Shown: positions 19,860 to 28,478, counted from the first letter of the stretch. The stretch is DNA of 64,000 nucleotides from a virus (IMGVR_UViG_3300005573_000004:32001-96000); one strand, 5' to 3'. The notes: a model not told the origin generated them from the letters alone. Translations and numbers: made by a program.

Positions 19860-20001
19860 CGAAAATACTACGAAAAAGTAAAAATTTGATAGGTCAAAAC
19901 TATTATTTTATACCGCTTTTTTATATGTTAAATGCTATTTGATAGGTCAAAACTCTTATTTCACACCGCATCAATTTTTATCAAATTCAATGCGGTGTGA
20001 A
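19860..20001 (+). repeat. 142-bp direct repeat, copy B (upstream of tnpB)
   Basis: Homologous to 18496-18637; iterons at 19885-19916 and 19938-19969. Confidence 0.95.
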
Positions 20002-20270
20002 TCGGCAGTTTTGACCTAAAAAACGGTGTAAATTAACAGTTTTGACCTATCCTAAAATTTGACTTTTATCTAAAATTCACTTGTAAAATAAGGCACTTTT
20101 TAGATTTGTTCAAGTGAAGGTTGAGGGTGATATATAATAGTATTATAGTATATATTTATTTGGTAGTACTAATAGTATTAATAGTACCATCTAGTAGTAC
20201 TATTAATAAAAATAATATAATTAATACTACATGTACTATTATATACACGCTTTCGTAAATTTTCGTAAAC
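19885..20270. other. Putative replication origin: direct and inverted iterons followed by an AT-rich tract
   Basis: TTTGATAGGTCAAAACT-n5-TT-n3-ACCGC iterons in direct orientation (19885, 19938) and inverted (19992-20022, 20024-20052), then an AT-rich TAGTA-repeat tract (~20130-20245). Located at the window's strand switch. Confidence 0.6.
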
Positions 20271-20353
20271 TATCAAAAATCTCTCTTAACTAAATGACTA
20301 CAAGATAGCGTGTACGTTGCGGCCGAAAATTTTTAAATTTTTAAAAATTTTTT

Positions 20354-20391
20354 TAAAAAAATCCTGAATTTTGTCGTATATATACAGTAGG
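20354..20391 (+). promoter_or_regulatory. Phage-specific promoter-like motif, copy 3
   Basis: TAAAAAAATCCTGAATTTTGTCGTATATATACAGTAGG, upstream of the first plus-strand gene and divergent from copy 2. Confidence 0.65.
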
Positions 20392-20419
20392 AGCGAAATT
20401 TTATTAAAACTGAAAGGAT

Positions 20420-21331
20420 TTGTATATGCATAAAAAAGCATTACTTGAATTAAAAAAATTTCAGAGCAGAAAGAATAATAATATCTTTGGATTAAGATTT
20501 AGGTCTTTTAATACAGCTTTGTTTTTTCTTAAACATAAAATTTTTGAAGACGAGTTAAATTTTTATTTGTCCAACATACAATTTACAACTGCTAAGTTTA
20601 TTACTTTTCTTTCTTCAAAAGTTTTTGTATTTTGTCCTTTTGGATCAAAAAAATCCAAAAACAAATCTTGTATAACTTGTCCTTTTAAAGATGGAGCTAC
20701 GTTGTCAATTGAACCAATATTAGTTCTTGGATATTTAGATCCGTTTAAACTTCAAGATTTTATTAGAACTCAAGTACAAATTAAATTTGCACTTCCGTGC
20801 AAACAATTTATAACTCCAAAGTATAGATTTTTGGAAAAGGATAAAGCTTTATTTTTATTGTCTACAAAACAAAATCAAGATGTATATTTATTAACTAGTT
20901 CAGACTATTCTTTAGACCGTATTAATAAACTTTATATTGGATTTAATTTTTTCGGAAATTTAAAAGTTTGGTCTTCAGAAAACTATTTTTGTATTGGGAC
21001 TACTGAGAAAGATTTAAAAACAAATAATATAAATCACGCATTAGAAGAATTGTTATGGATATTAAATAAACCAGAATATAAAAATTCAATTGATAATGTT
21101 TTGATATTTGCCGATTATTTTAAATCTAATAGAATTTCAAAAAAATATTGGAACAGTTATGGGCTCCCGGAGAAACTTTTAGCCGATTTACATAAACACG
21201 GTTTTTTATCTTACAGTGATTATAGATATTATAAAACTAAAAAATTAAACACAGTTTTAAATACTTTAGTGCCTAGCACTAAAATTGAATGTTGTATAGA
21301 TGTTCCATCTGAAGTAGTTGCAGGCTCTTGA
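20420..21331 (+). CDS. Basic hypothetical protein with Cys cluster
   Basis: 303-aa Lys/Phe-rich ORF with CPFG...CITCP; start could be TTG 20420 or ATG 20426. Confidence 0.6.
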   Translation: MYMHKKALLELKKFQSRKNNNIFGLRFRSFNTALFFLKHKIFEDELNFYLSNIQFTTAKFITFLSSKVFVFCPFGSKKSKNKSCITCPFKDGATLSIEPILVLGYLDPFKLQDFIRTQVQIKFALPCKQFITPKYRFLEKDKALFLLSTKQNQDVYLLTSSDYSLDRINKLYIGFNFFGNLKVWSSENYFCIGTTEKDLKTNNINHALEELLWILNKPEYKNSIDNVLIFADYFKSNRISKKYWNSYGLPEKLLADLHKHGFLSYSDYRYYKTKKLNTVLNTLVPSTKIECCIDVPSEVVAGS

Positions 21332-21356
21332 TTTTTTGAGCCTAGTAGTGTATACT
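21328..21356 (+). promoter_or_regulatory. Sigma70-type promoter
   Basis: TTGATT-17 nt-TATACT upstream of 21382. Confidence 0.5.
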
Positions 21357-21381
21357 TGATTAAAACCAGAAAGGAGAAAAA

Positions 21382-21936
21382 ATGATCGTGGGAAGAAGAC
21401 TCAGAGCTATTAATCCTGCTGTAATGGAATTAAGAAGAATTGTTTCAGTAGCTATGGATCATATTGCGACCCTTAAAGGATTAAGCTCTACCAATCCAAC
21501 TAGTTATACAGTCTTCCAAATTGAGTTCTATAATTTTTTAAAAAAAGCAAAGCAATTAGACAAAATAGATCCACAGGAATTATTAACCATTCTCATAAGA
21601 AATCCAAATTTAGTAAATTTTATAAAAAGAAAAAAATTTGGTGATTTTATGAACGCAGTTAGACAACTAACGCATTCACAAGAAGATAGAGAAATAGTTT
21701 TTGTAACTTTGTATTATGAGTATTATTATAAAACCCGGAAGGTATCTTCTGCTATATTGCGTGCTACAAAATATAAGCTGGATAAATTTGATCTTAAATT
21801 CGTTAAGAACGTATTTGATAAATATCCATTTTTAGTTGAACAAGACCATTTAAAGCACGTAATAGAATTACTTGACAAGCATAAGTATTCTTGTTTATTA
21901 ACTCAAAACGGAATTAAGGAGAAATATAATGTCTGA
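21382..21936 (+). CDS. hypothetical protein
   Basis: AAGGAG RBS, 184-aa ORF. Confidence 0.65.
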   Translation: MIVGRRLRAINPAVMELRRIVSVAMDHIATLKGLSSTNPTSYTVFQIEFYNFLKKAKQLDKIDPQELLTILIRNPNLVNFIKRKKFGDFMNAVRQLTHSQEDREIVFVTLYYEYYYKTRKVSSAILRATKYKLDKFDLKFVKNVFDKYPFLVEQDHLKHVIELLDKHKYSCLLTQNGIKEKYNV

Positions 21937-22711
21937 AAAATTATCTTATTATGAATGGATTGTTAATGATGTTATGCCGAATGATCTTTTCCCGTTCAAA
22001 GATTTTGATGTTCAAAAATTCTTGGTTGATAAAAATTCGTTTTTGAAGGACTATGTTATAAACCAAACTGAGCTTGAAAATGAGTTAGAGATGACTATAA
22101 AAACCAGAGAAGATATTTCTAATTGGCTCAATAGCATTACTTCTCCAAGTGCTGCACAGCAGGACGAATATAAACAGAAAAAACGTCAGTTAGAAAATTT
22201 AGATAAAAGAATTAACTGGTTAACAGAGTTAAAACCGTATTTTGGAAAACCATATTCACAATTTTTAACAACTTTATGTCAGCAGTTTAATATTAACACA
22301 AAAATAATTTTAGCTACATTACAAAAAGAACAGAGTTTAGTAGTTAAACCCACTCAACTCCCAAGAAAAATAATGGATAGAGCTCTTGGTTTTGGAGCGA
22401 CCGATAGAGGAGATTTAATATATTACTATGGATTTGAAATACAAAATTATAAAGCCATCCAGGATCTTAAATCTGATTTTGATAAATATTCTCAATTAGA
22501 TACTCAGCCTATGAAATTTGTTGATAATGGATTTTTACAAATTACCCCAGCCAATGCTTTTACTTCTGTGCTTTATGAATATACTCCGTGGACAGGTTCT
22601 CCAGATTCTGCATATTATCCGAAATGGGGAGTGCACGGAGTATACCTATTTTGGAAGATTTGGCGTTGGTGGTGGGGAGACGAATTAAAAGAATTTTATC
22701 ATATTGTTTAA
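21929..22711 (+). CDS. Putative lysozyme-fold cell-wall hydrolase-like protein
   Basis: INTKIILATLQKEQSL...ALGFG...GF..Q...PANAFTSVLYEYTP pattern of the LQKEQ/YTP family. Confidence 0.5.
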   Translation: MSEKLSYYEWIVNDVMPNDLFPFKDFDVQKFLVDKNSFLKDYVINQTELENELEMTIKTREDISNWLNSITSPSAAQQDEYKQKKRQLENLDKRINWLTELKPYFGKPYSQFLTTLCQQFNINTKIILATLQKEQSLVVKPTQLPRKIMDRALGFGATDRGDLIYYYGFEIQNYKAIQDLKSDFDKYSQLDTQPMKFVDNGFLQITPANAFTSVLYEYTPWTGSPDSAYYPKWGVHGVYLFWKIWRWWWGDELKEFYHIV

Positions 22712-22721
22712 GGAGGAAACT

Positions 22722-23708
22722 ATGAAATTTTTTATTAAATGTGATCAATGTGGTTTTAAATTATCACAAGAGATGAAGCACGCAGTTGATAAGGGTGAAT
22801 GTCCTAGTTGTGGTGCAAAATTAGATATACAGAATGCTTTAGGAGTTTTAGAGTTTTTAGTTACAGTAAACGAACTCAAGCTACCTCTTACAGGCAATCA
22901 TCTTAAACAAATTGTTGATGCTTATTTTAAAAAACTTCCTGGTTTTGAGACTTTGCCAGAAATTTTTATTGAAGAAGAAATGTCAGACAAAATTCGTTTT
23001 GGTAGACAGGTTCAGCAAGTTCAGCAGACTCAACCAGCTCAGCCAGTTCTACAGAATAAATCTGTTTCACCCGCACAGGAAGTACAACGTATAGAAGAAG
23101 ATGTGGATACTACTAATAACACGGATAACACTGGCGATATAAGTAATAGCACTATCAATTCTGAAGAAGAAAATATAGTTAAAAAAATAATTAAACCAGG
23201 AGATAAGGATCATCCTGCTATAATAGTTGACAAAGATGGACTTATAACGCAAAAAGGAGGTTCAAATGCAAAGTTGACACCAGAAGAAATAGAAGAGGTG
23301 AAAAGAGGATTGGGCGTGAGACCTATTACAAAACCTTCTGATCCAAACAAAGGTGACCAATTCACTGAGAGAGTTCCAGGATTGCGTTTTATTACAAACA
23401 AAAAATTCAGAGAACTAAAAGAGGAAATGAAAGCTAAGACTCCAGACTACTATGAGGCTTTAGAAAAACAAGCTGAAGAAGAAGCTACTCAATTAAGAAA
23501 TGATTTAGGTTCAGAATCTCCAATACAGGGACCAACATCAGAAGATAATACTACATCAAGTATAAATAATATACTTAATTCCGGATACACTGAAGATTTT
23601 GAGGGTGGAAGACCAATTACGTTGCCAAAATTATCCAATCCGGCTAAAGGAAATACAATTTTGGATCCATCTGCCATCATCAAACCAAAAGGAGTTCACA
23701 ATGGATAA
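22722..23708 (+). CDS. Zn-ribbon protein with low-complexity C-terminus
   Basis: AGGAGG RBS before ATG 22722; CDQC...CPSC. Confidence 0.7.
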   Translation: MKFFIKCDQCGFKLSQEMKHAVDKGECPSCGAKLDIQNALGVLEFLVTVNELKLPLTGNHLKQIVDAYFKKLPGFETLPEIFIEEEMSDKIRFGRQVQQVQQTQPAQPVLQNKSVSPAQEVQRIEEDVDTTNNTDNTGDISNSTINSEEENIVKKIIKPGDKDHPAIIVDKDGLITQKGGSNAKLTPEEIEEVKRGLGVRPITKPSDPNKGDQFTERVPGLRFITNKKFRELKEEMKAKTPDYYEALEKQAEEEATQLRNDLGSESPIQGPTSEDNTTSSINNILNSGYTEDFEGGRPITLPKLSNPAKGNTILDPSAIIKPKGVHNG

Positions 23709-24621
23709 CAAAACAACTATAGCATCAAATATTCAGATTGATAAACAAGAACCTCCGACAATTTATACTGTTGGATACCAGCCGATTGAGATAATCGGAC
23801 GTGATTATCGTTTAGTTGATCTTGTAAATCTTATTACAGATAAATGGGATGTAACTGGAAACGTATATGATGCTGTAATTGAATATGTAAAAAAATTTCA
23901 ATTAAGACCAGAGGATAAATATTTTTTAAACACAAAGAAAAATTCTCAGGTTATTCCATATATTTGGGAAAATCTAAATAGATTTGATTCTTTGAAGCAA
24001 TTACTAATTTATGACCCATCTTATGTTGCATCGGATGCTGAAATTTATAAAATATTAAAGGATCTAAAATCAGTCATTGGTCCAAAACAAGGATACAGAT
24101 CTTACATTGATGCGGCTAATGCCGTTAGAGAGACTTTAGTGCGGGTAAAGGATAATATGTCACAAAAGGATTATTTTAATGCTTTAATGCTTTTATCTGA
24201 TCTAAATAAAAGTTCAGTTGATGCTTTTATTCAATATCTTTTGTCATTTACACAGCCGTATCAAATGAATATGACTAAAAAAGTAATTTTCTTTGGAGAT
24301 CCTGTAACTCCAAGATATTTTGAATATTTAAATTCTCAAGGAATTTTTGTAGTTTCTTTTTTACCATATGAATTCTTTTTAACTCCTTGTATGACTCCAG
24401 AACAATATTATTTTGAAAATCCGATGTATCAATCTCATTTATTTACACTTGTTGAGCTTAGAAGGCTAATAACGATTTATATGCCAGACGCATTGATCTT
24501 AAATCCTGGAGGTTTATATCTTACTCCAGGAGATGCAAAATTTTTTGCGTATGAATTGCAAAACGATGTAAAAATAAAAATTTTGTCTGGGAATTATCCA
24601 GGCGAACAAATTTCAATTTAA
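23701..24621 (+). CDS. Hypothetical protein resembling a degenerate 2-hydroxyacyl-CoA dehydratase subunit
   Basis: ATG 23701 with GGAG RBS; PIEII...VDL.N, LSD, IFFGDP...EQY...DALI and LSGNYPG follow the HGD-D family layout from memory, but Fe-S cysteines are absent. Confidence 0.4.
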   Translation: MDNKTTIASNIQIDKQEPPTIYTVGYQPIEIIGRDYRLVDLVNLITDKWDVTGNVYDAVIEYVKKFQLRPEDKYFLNTKKNSQVIPYIWENLNRFDSLKQLLIYDPSYVASDAEIYKILKDLKSVIGPKQGYRSYIDAANAVRETLVRVKDNMSQKDYFNALMLLSDLNKSSVDAFIQYLLSFTQPYQMNMTKKVIFFGDPVTPRYFEYLNSQGIFVVSFLPYEFFLTPCMTPEQYYFENPMYQSHLFTLVELRRLITIYMPDALILNPGGLYLTPGDAKFFAYELQNDVKIKILSGNYPGEQISI

Positions 24622-24632
24622 GGAGGAAGATT

Positions 24633-24893
24633 ATGTATATTCAAGCATCAAGTTACGGAATGAACCCACCGCAGAAAGAAAACGAAGAAGTCAAAGAAGG
24701 AGCTTATTTTATCGTTGATTGGGTTGGTAATGATCCTATTCGTCGTGGAAATAGAAAGCCAATAATAATTGCAGGTAATTTAACAGAAGAAGAACTAGCC
24801 AGCGTTAAGGATGGAAGGATTAAGCTTGAGCCACCAAGATTTGGAACTGTCCAGAGAGTTTTATTAAAAGTTGTGTCTGTAGAAAAACTTTAA
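24633..24893 (+). CDS. hypothetical protein
   Basis: AAGGAGG RBS, 86 aa. Confidence 0.65.
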   Translation: MYIQASSYGMNPPQKENEEVKEGAYFIVDWVGNDPIRRGNRKPIIIAGNLTEEELASVKDGRIKLEPPRFGTVQRVLLKVVSVEKL

Positions 24894-24935
24894 CCGTTTC
24901 CAAAATGGAAACAGTTTCTTCTGGGAGGAGCACGA

Positions 24936-27440
24936 ATGTTTGAAAATTTCAAATGTGAAAAATGTGAGCTTCATAAAGTAAAATTGAATTATGTATTACC
25001 ACACGGTAATATTAACGGTCGTATTCTAATCATAGGTGAAGCTCCAGGGCGTGAAGAAGATAGAGAGGGAAAGCCGTTTGTAGGTCCTTCTGGGGCTTTA
25101 TTACGTGAAGCTTTAGACAAAGCAGGCATTTCAATTTCAGACATTAATATTACAAACACAATAATGTGTAGGCCGCCGAATAATCGTCAGCCTATGAAAG
25201 AAGAATTAGAAGCGTGTAAAGAACACTGGCAAGCTGTTATTGCTGCAATGCCTAATCTTCAATTGATTATTCTTTTGGGTGCTATTGCGGTTCAAGCTGT
25301 GCTCAAACAGAAAAATATTATGGACAAACGTGGGACAATAATTAAGAAAGACGGAAGAGATTTTCTTCCAATTTTACATCCTGCAGCAATTTTAAGAGAT
25401 CCAAACAAGAAAGAGATGTTCTTTAGAGATTTTGTTTTTGCGAAAAATTATATTGAAAAATCCTTCCAAGTCGGAGAATATAAACTTTGCAATACTCTTG
25501 AACTAGCTAATAATGCTCTTGATCTTATTCAGGATAAAGAATATATAGCATTTGATATTGAGACATCTGCTATAGATGAGGATGAACCGAATTTAGCAAA
25601 TGATGAGATTATTGGAGTATCATTTACCTCAGAGCCATATAGGGGTTATTATATTCCATTTATTAGTGCTAACACCCAAGTTTTTTCAGATGAGCAAAAA
25701 ACTCATATTGTAAATAGACTACGTGATATACTTACGCATCCGAAAAAGAAATTGATATTGCATAATGGAAAATTTGATGCTAACTTTTTGAAGGCAAAAT
25801 TTAACATAGATATTGTAAAATTTTTTAAAAGAGACGATGGTTCTTTAGGAACAAATTTATATTTTGATACTATGCTTGCTCATCATTTACTTTGGCAAGC
25901 TCCACCACACGGGTTAAAATTCTTATCTAGAATTTATCCAGATTTAGCATATTATGAATCAGAACTCAAGGAGTATAAAGACAAAAATAAGATTAAGAAT
26001 TATGCTATGATTCCACAAGACGTTATGTATAAATATGCAGCTACTGATGCTGATGCGACGATACGTTTATTTTATAAATATTGGGAAGAGCTTTCCCAGA
26101 AAAATTTGCTTGGGCTCTTTTTTACTGCTGTTATGCCTTTAGTTCCTGTTTTATGTCAAGCAGAATATTATGGAGCTAAAATAGATAAAAAGGCGTTATT
26201 GGATTTAAAAGTTATTTTAGAAAACAAGATAAAAACTTTAGAAAAAGAAATTTATGAATTAGCTGGAGAGGAATTTAATATTAACTCCCCAATTCAAAAG
26301 GCAAAAATTTTATACGAAAAATTAGGTATTCCGAAACCGAAGAATAGAACCAAAAAGAGTGGGAGTCTTCCTACTGATAAAGAAACTTTATCAAAGATTG
26401 ACCATCCTATTGTTACAAAGTTGATAGAATATGCTCACGAAACTAAAATGAAATCTACATATGTTGATAGTTTATTAGAAAAAGCAGATCGTTTAGACAG
26501 AATCCATACTAATTATAAACAGCACGGAACAGCCACTGGGCGTCTGAGTTCATCCCAGCCTAATTTACAAAATATTCCTGCTGAGAAACAATATCGTCAA
26601 ATCTTTATATCTGAAAAAGGATATTCATTGGTAGGTTCAGATTTTTCTCAGATAGAATTAAGAGTTTTGGCTAGAGTATCACAGGATCCGAAATTATTAC
26701 AAGCATTTATGAACGGAGAAGATATTCACGACCAAGTAGCAAGAGAAATTTTTAATATTCCTCCGGAAGAAAAAGTTCCCAAAGATATACGTCGTGTAGC
26801 TAAAACTATTAATTTTGGAATTGTATATGGTATTCAAGCCCAAGCTCTTTCAAAGCAAATTAATAGTGACGAAGGTACTGCTCAGGAATATATTAATAGA
26901 TATTTATACAAATATCGTAAGGTTGCAGAGTTCCAGGAATATATTAAGGCTTTTGTACGTGAGCATAAATTTGTAAAGAATATTTTTGGACGTATACATC
27001 ATATTCCAGAAATAGATTCTCCAGATAGATTTATTCAGGGTGAAGCAGAACGAACAGCTTTAAATAGTCCTATTCAAGGAAGTGCAGCAGAAATAACTAA
27101 TGCAAGTGCAGTTCAAATATATTTAGCTTTTGAAAGAGAAAATATTGATGCAAAACTTGTGTTGACTGTACACGACGAGCTTGTATATGAAGTAAAGAAT
27201 GAACAAGTAATTAGAGCAGCTACAATAATTTATAATACTATGAGGTCTATTGCGGAACATCATCTTAAAATACCAGTTCCAGTTGATCAATATGTAAATG
27301 ACAAATGGCTGGAACACGATATTGATGATCATAAATTTCCAGCTTTACATCAAGCAAGATATTTACGTAAGATAGGAATTAAGGCTCGTGATTTTTATAA
27401 TATTCCGAAGGGATATATATCTGCAATTCCCAGAGGATGA
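24936..27440 (+). CDS. polA: Family A DNA polymerase with N-terminal family-4 uracil-DNA glycosylase domain and 3'-5' exonuclease
   Basis: UDG motifs CEKCEL, GEAPG, CRPP and HPAA; exonuclease DIET, HNGKFD and YAATD; polymerase TGRLSS, DFSQIELR, AKTINFGIVYG and VHDEL. Confidence 0.95.
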   Translation: MFENFKCEKCELHKVKLNYVLPHGNINGRILIIGEAPGREEDREGKPFVGPSGALLREALDKAGISISDINITNTIMCRPPNNRQPMKEELEACKEHWQAVIAAMPNLQLIILLGAIAVQAVLKQKNIMDKRGTIIKKDGRDFLPILHPAAILRDPNKKEMFFRDFVFAKNYIEKSFQVGEYKLCNTLELANNALDLIQDKEYIAFDIETSAIDEDEPNLANDEIIGVSFTSEPYRGYYIPFISANTQVFSDEQKTHIVNRLRDILTHPKKKLILHNGKFDANFLKAKFNIDIVKFFKRDDGSLGTNLYFDTMLAHHLLWQAPPHGLKFLSRIYPDLAYYESELKEYKDKNKIKNYAMIPQDVMYKYAATDADATIRLFYKYWEELSQKNLLGLFFTAVMPLVPVLCQAEYYGAKIDKKALLDLKVILENKIKTLEKEIYELAGEEFNINSPIQKAKILYEKLGIPKPKNRTKKSGSLPTDKETLSKIDHPIVTKLIEYAHETKMKSTYVDSLLEKADRLDRIHTNYKQHGTATGRLSSSQPNLQNIPAEKQYRQIFISEKGYSLVGSDFSQIELRVLARVSQDPKLLQAFMNGEDIHDQVAREIFNIPPEEKVPKDIRRVAKTINFGIVYGIQAQALSKQINSDEGTAQEYINRYLYKYRKVAEFQEYIKAFVREHKFVKNIFGRIHHIPEIDSPDRFIQGEAERTALNSPIQGSAAEITNASAVQIYLAFERENIDAKLVLTVHDELVYEVKNEQVIRAATIIYNTMRSIAEHHLKIPVPVDQYVNDKWLEHDIDDHKFPALHQARYLRKIGIKARDFYNIPKGYISAIPRG

Positions 27441-27509
27441 AGGAGGTGAATAATTTGTTTTTTGCAGAACGTCGTTTCGACGTAAAAATCTATTTTAGGA
27501 GGTTCAACT

Positions 27510-28433
27510 ATGGCATCGTGGGATGATCCAAGAGCTGTACAAGCAGCACATCAAGGTCCGAGAGAACAGTTGTTTTTAAGTCTCAAAGAAGATTTACGCG
27601 TTAGGGTTATTGGTGCACCAGAATTTTTTGAAAGACATTGGGTAAGTAGTCGTACAGGCAAATATGTCGGTATTAGATGTCCAGGTGCTTCACACTGCCC
27701 TGTTTGTGCGATGGGAGACAAACCAAGACTGAGAGCTATTTTGCCAGTTTTAGACAGAAAGACTAACAAGGTAAGATTATTAGACGCTCCTCAAATCATC
27801 ATTGGCTATTTGAAAGCATTAAAAGATGGAGAATGGGGAGACTTGTCTGGATATGACGTTGTTATTCAACGTGTCCAAGTTGGTAAGAAAACTGACTATC
27901 AGGTAACGCCACAACCATCAAGAACTCCGTTAACGGAAGCAGATAAAGCTGAGATTAATAGATTTTTTGAAACTGTAGACTATAAGAAATATGCACAGCC
28001 ACATACGATTGAAGAAGCGTTAGCACTTTTAAATGGTCAGCAATTACCAAGTAAGAGACCAGAAACGATTTCATATACCGGAGAACCAGCACGTATGCAG
28101 ACAGCATATACTAATGCATATGTACCTCAGGCACCAGCACCAGCGTATATTCCTCCAAATTATTCGCAGTCTCAGACTGTTGCTACTCCAATGGCACCGC
28201 AGATGCAGGCACCTGCACCACAGACTGGGGCTCCAATTTCATCAGGTACGCCAAATATACCAAATACACAGCCAGGAACGAACGCACAGCCGTCGTATGT
28301 TCCACCAGCACCAGCTAATACGCCTAATACAGTTACAGATCAATTAATTCAACAATTTTTGCCACAGGGGTATCCGTCATCACCTCCGATACCTCCGTCT
28401 CTTTCATCTCCTCCCAATTCCGGCTTGAGGTGA
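27510..28433 (+). CDS. Single-stranded DNA-binding protein (gp32-like) with Pro/Gln-rich tail
   Basis: HW...C..CPVC Zn motif, GYDVVI.R...TDY.V.P pattern of phage SSBs; lies between polymerase and resolvase. Confidence 0.7.
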   Translation: MASWDDPRAVQAAHQGPREQLFLSLKEDLRVRVIGAPEFFERHWVSSRTGKYVGIRCPGASHCPVCAMGDKPRLRAILPVLDRKTNKVRLLDAPQIIIGYLKALKDGEWGDLSGYDVVIQRVQVGKKTDYQVTPQPSRTPLTEADKAEINRFFETVDYKKYAQPHTIEEALALLNGQQLPSKRPETISYTGEPARMQTAYTNAYVPQAPAPAYIPPNYSQSQTVATPMAPQMQAPAPQTGAPISSGTPNIPNTQPGTNAQPSYVPPAPANTPNTVTDQLIQQFLPQGYPSSPPIPPSLSSPPNSGLR

Positions 28434-28442
28434 TTTGATTTC

Positions 28443-28478
28443 ATTAGAGGCTCCGGCTTTTTCGTCGGAGCCTCTAAT
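28443..28478 (+). terminator. Stem-loop, probable terminator after SSB
   Basis: ATTAGAGGCTCCG...CGGAGCCTCTAAT inverted repeat (one G-T pair). Confidence 0.6.

Noticed and set aside
18773-19942. 389-aa plus-strand ORF
   Set aside because: Antisense shadow of tnpB; Phe/Ile-rich with no motifs or RBS.
18521-20052. 32-bp repeats with 21-bp spacers flanking a TnpB/Cas12f-like gene, read as a mini CRISPR array
   Set aside because: The 'spacers' are homologous to each other, there are only two units per block, further copies are inverted, and no cas1/cas2 is present. Iterons or operators fit better.
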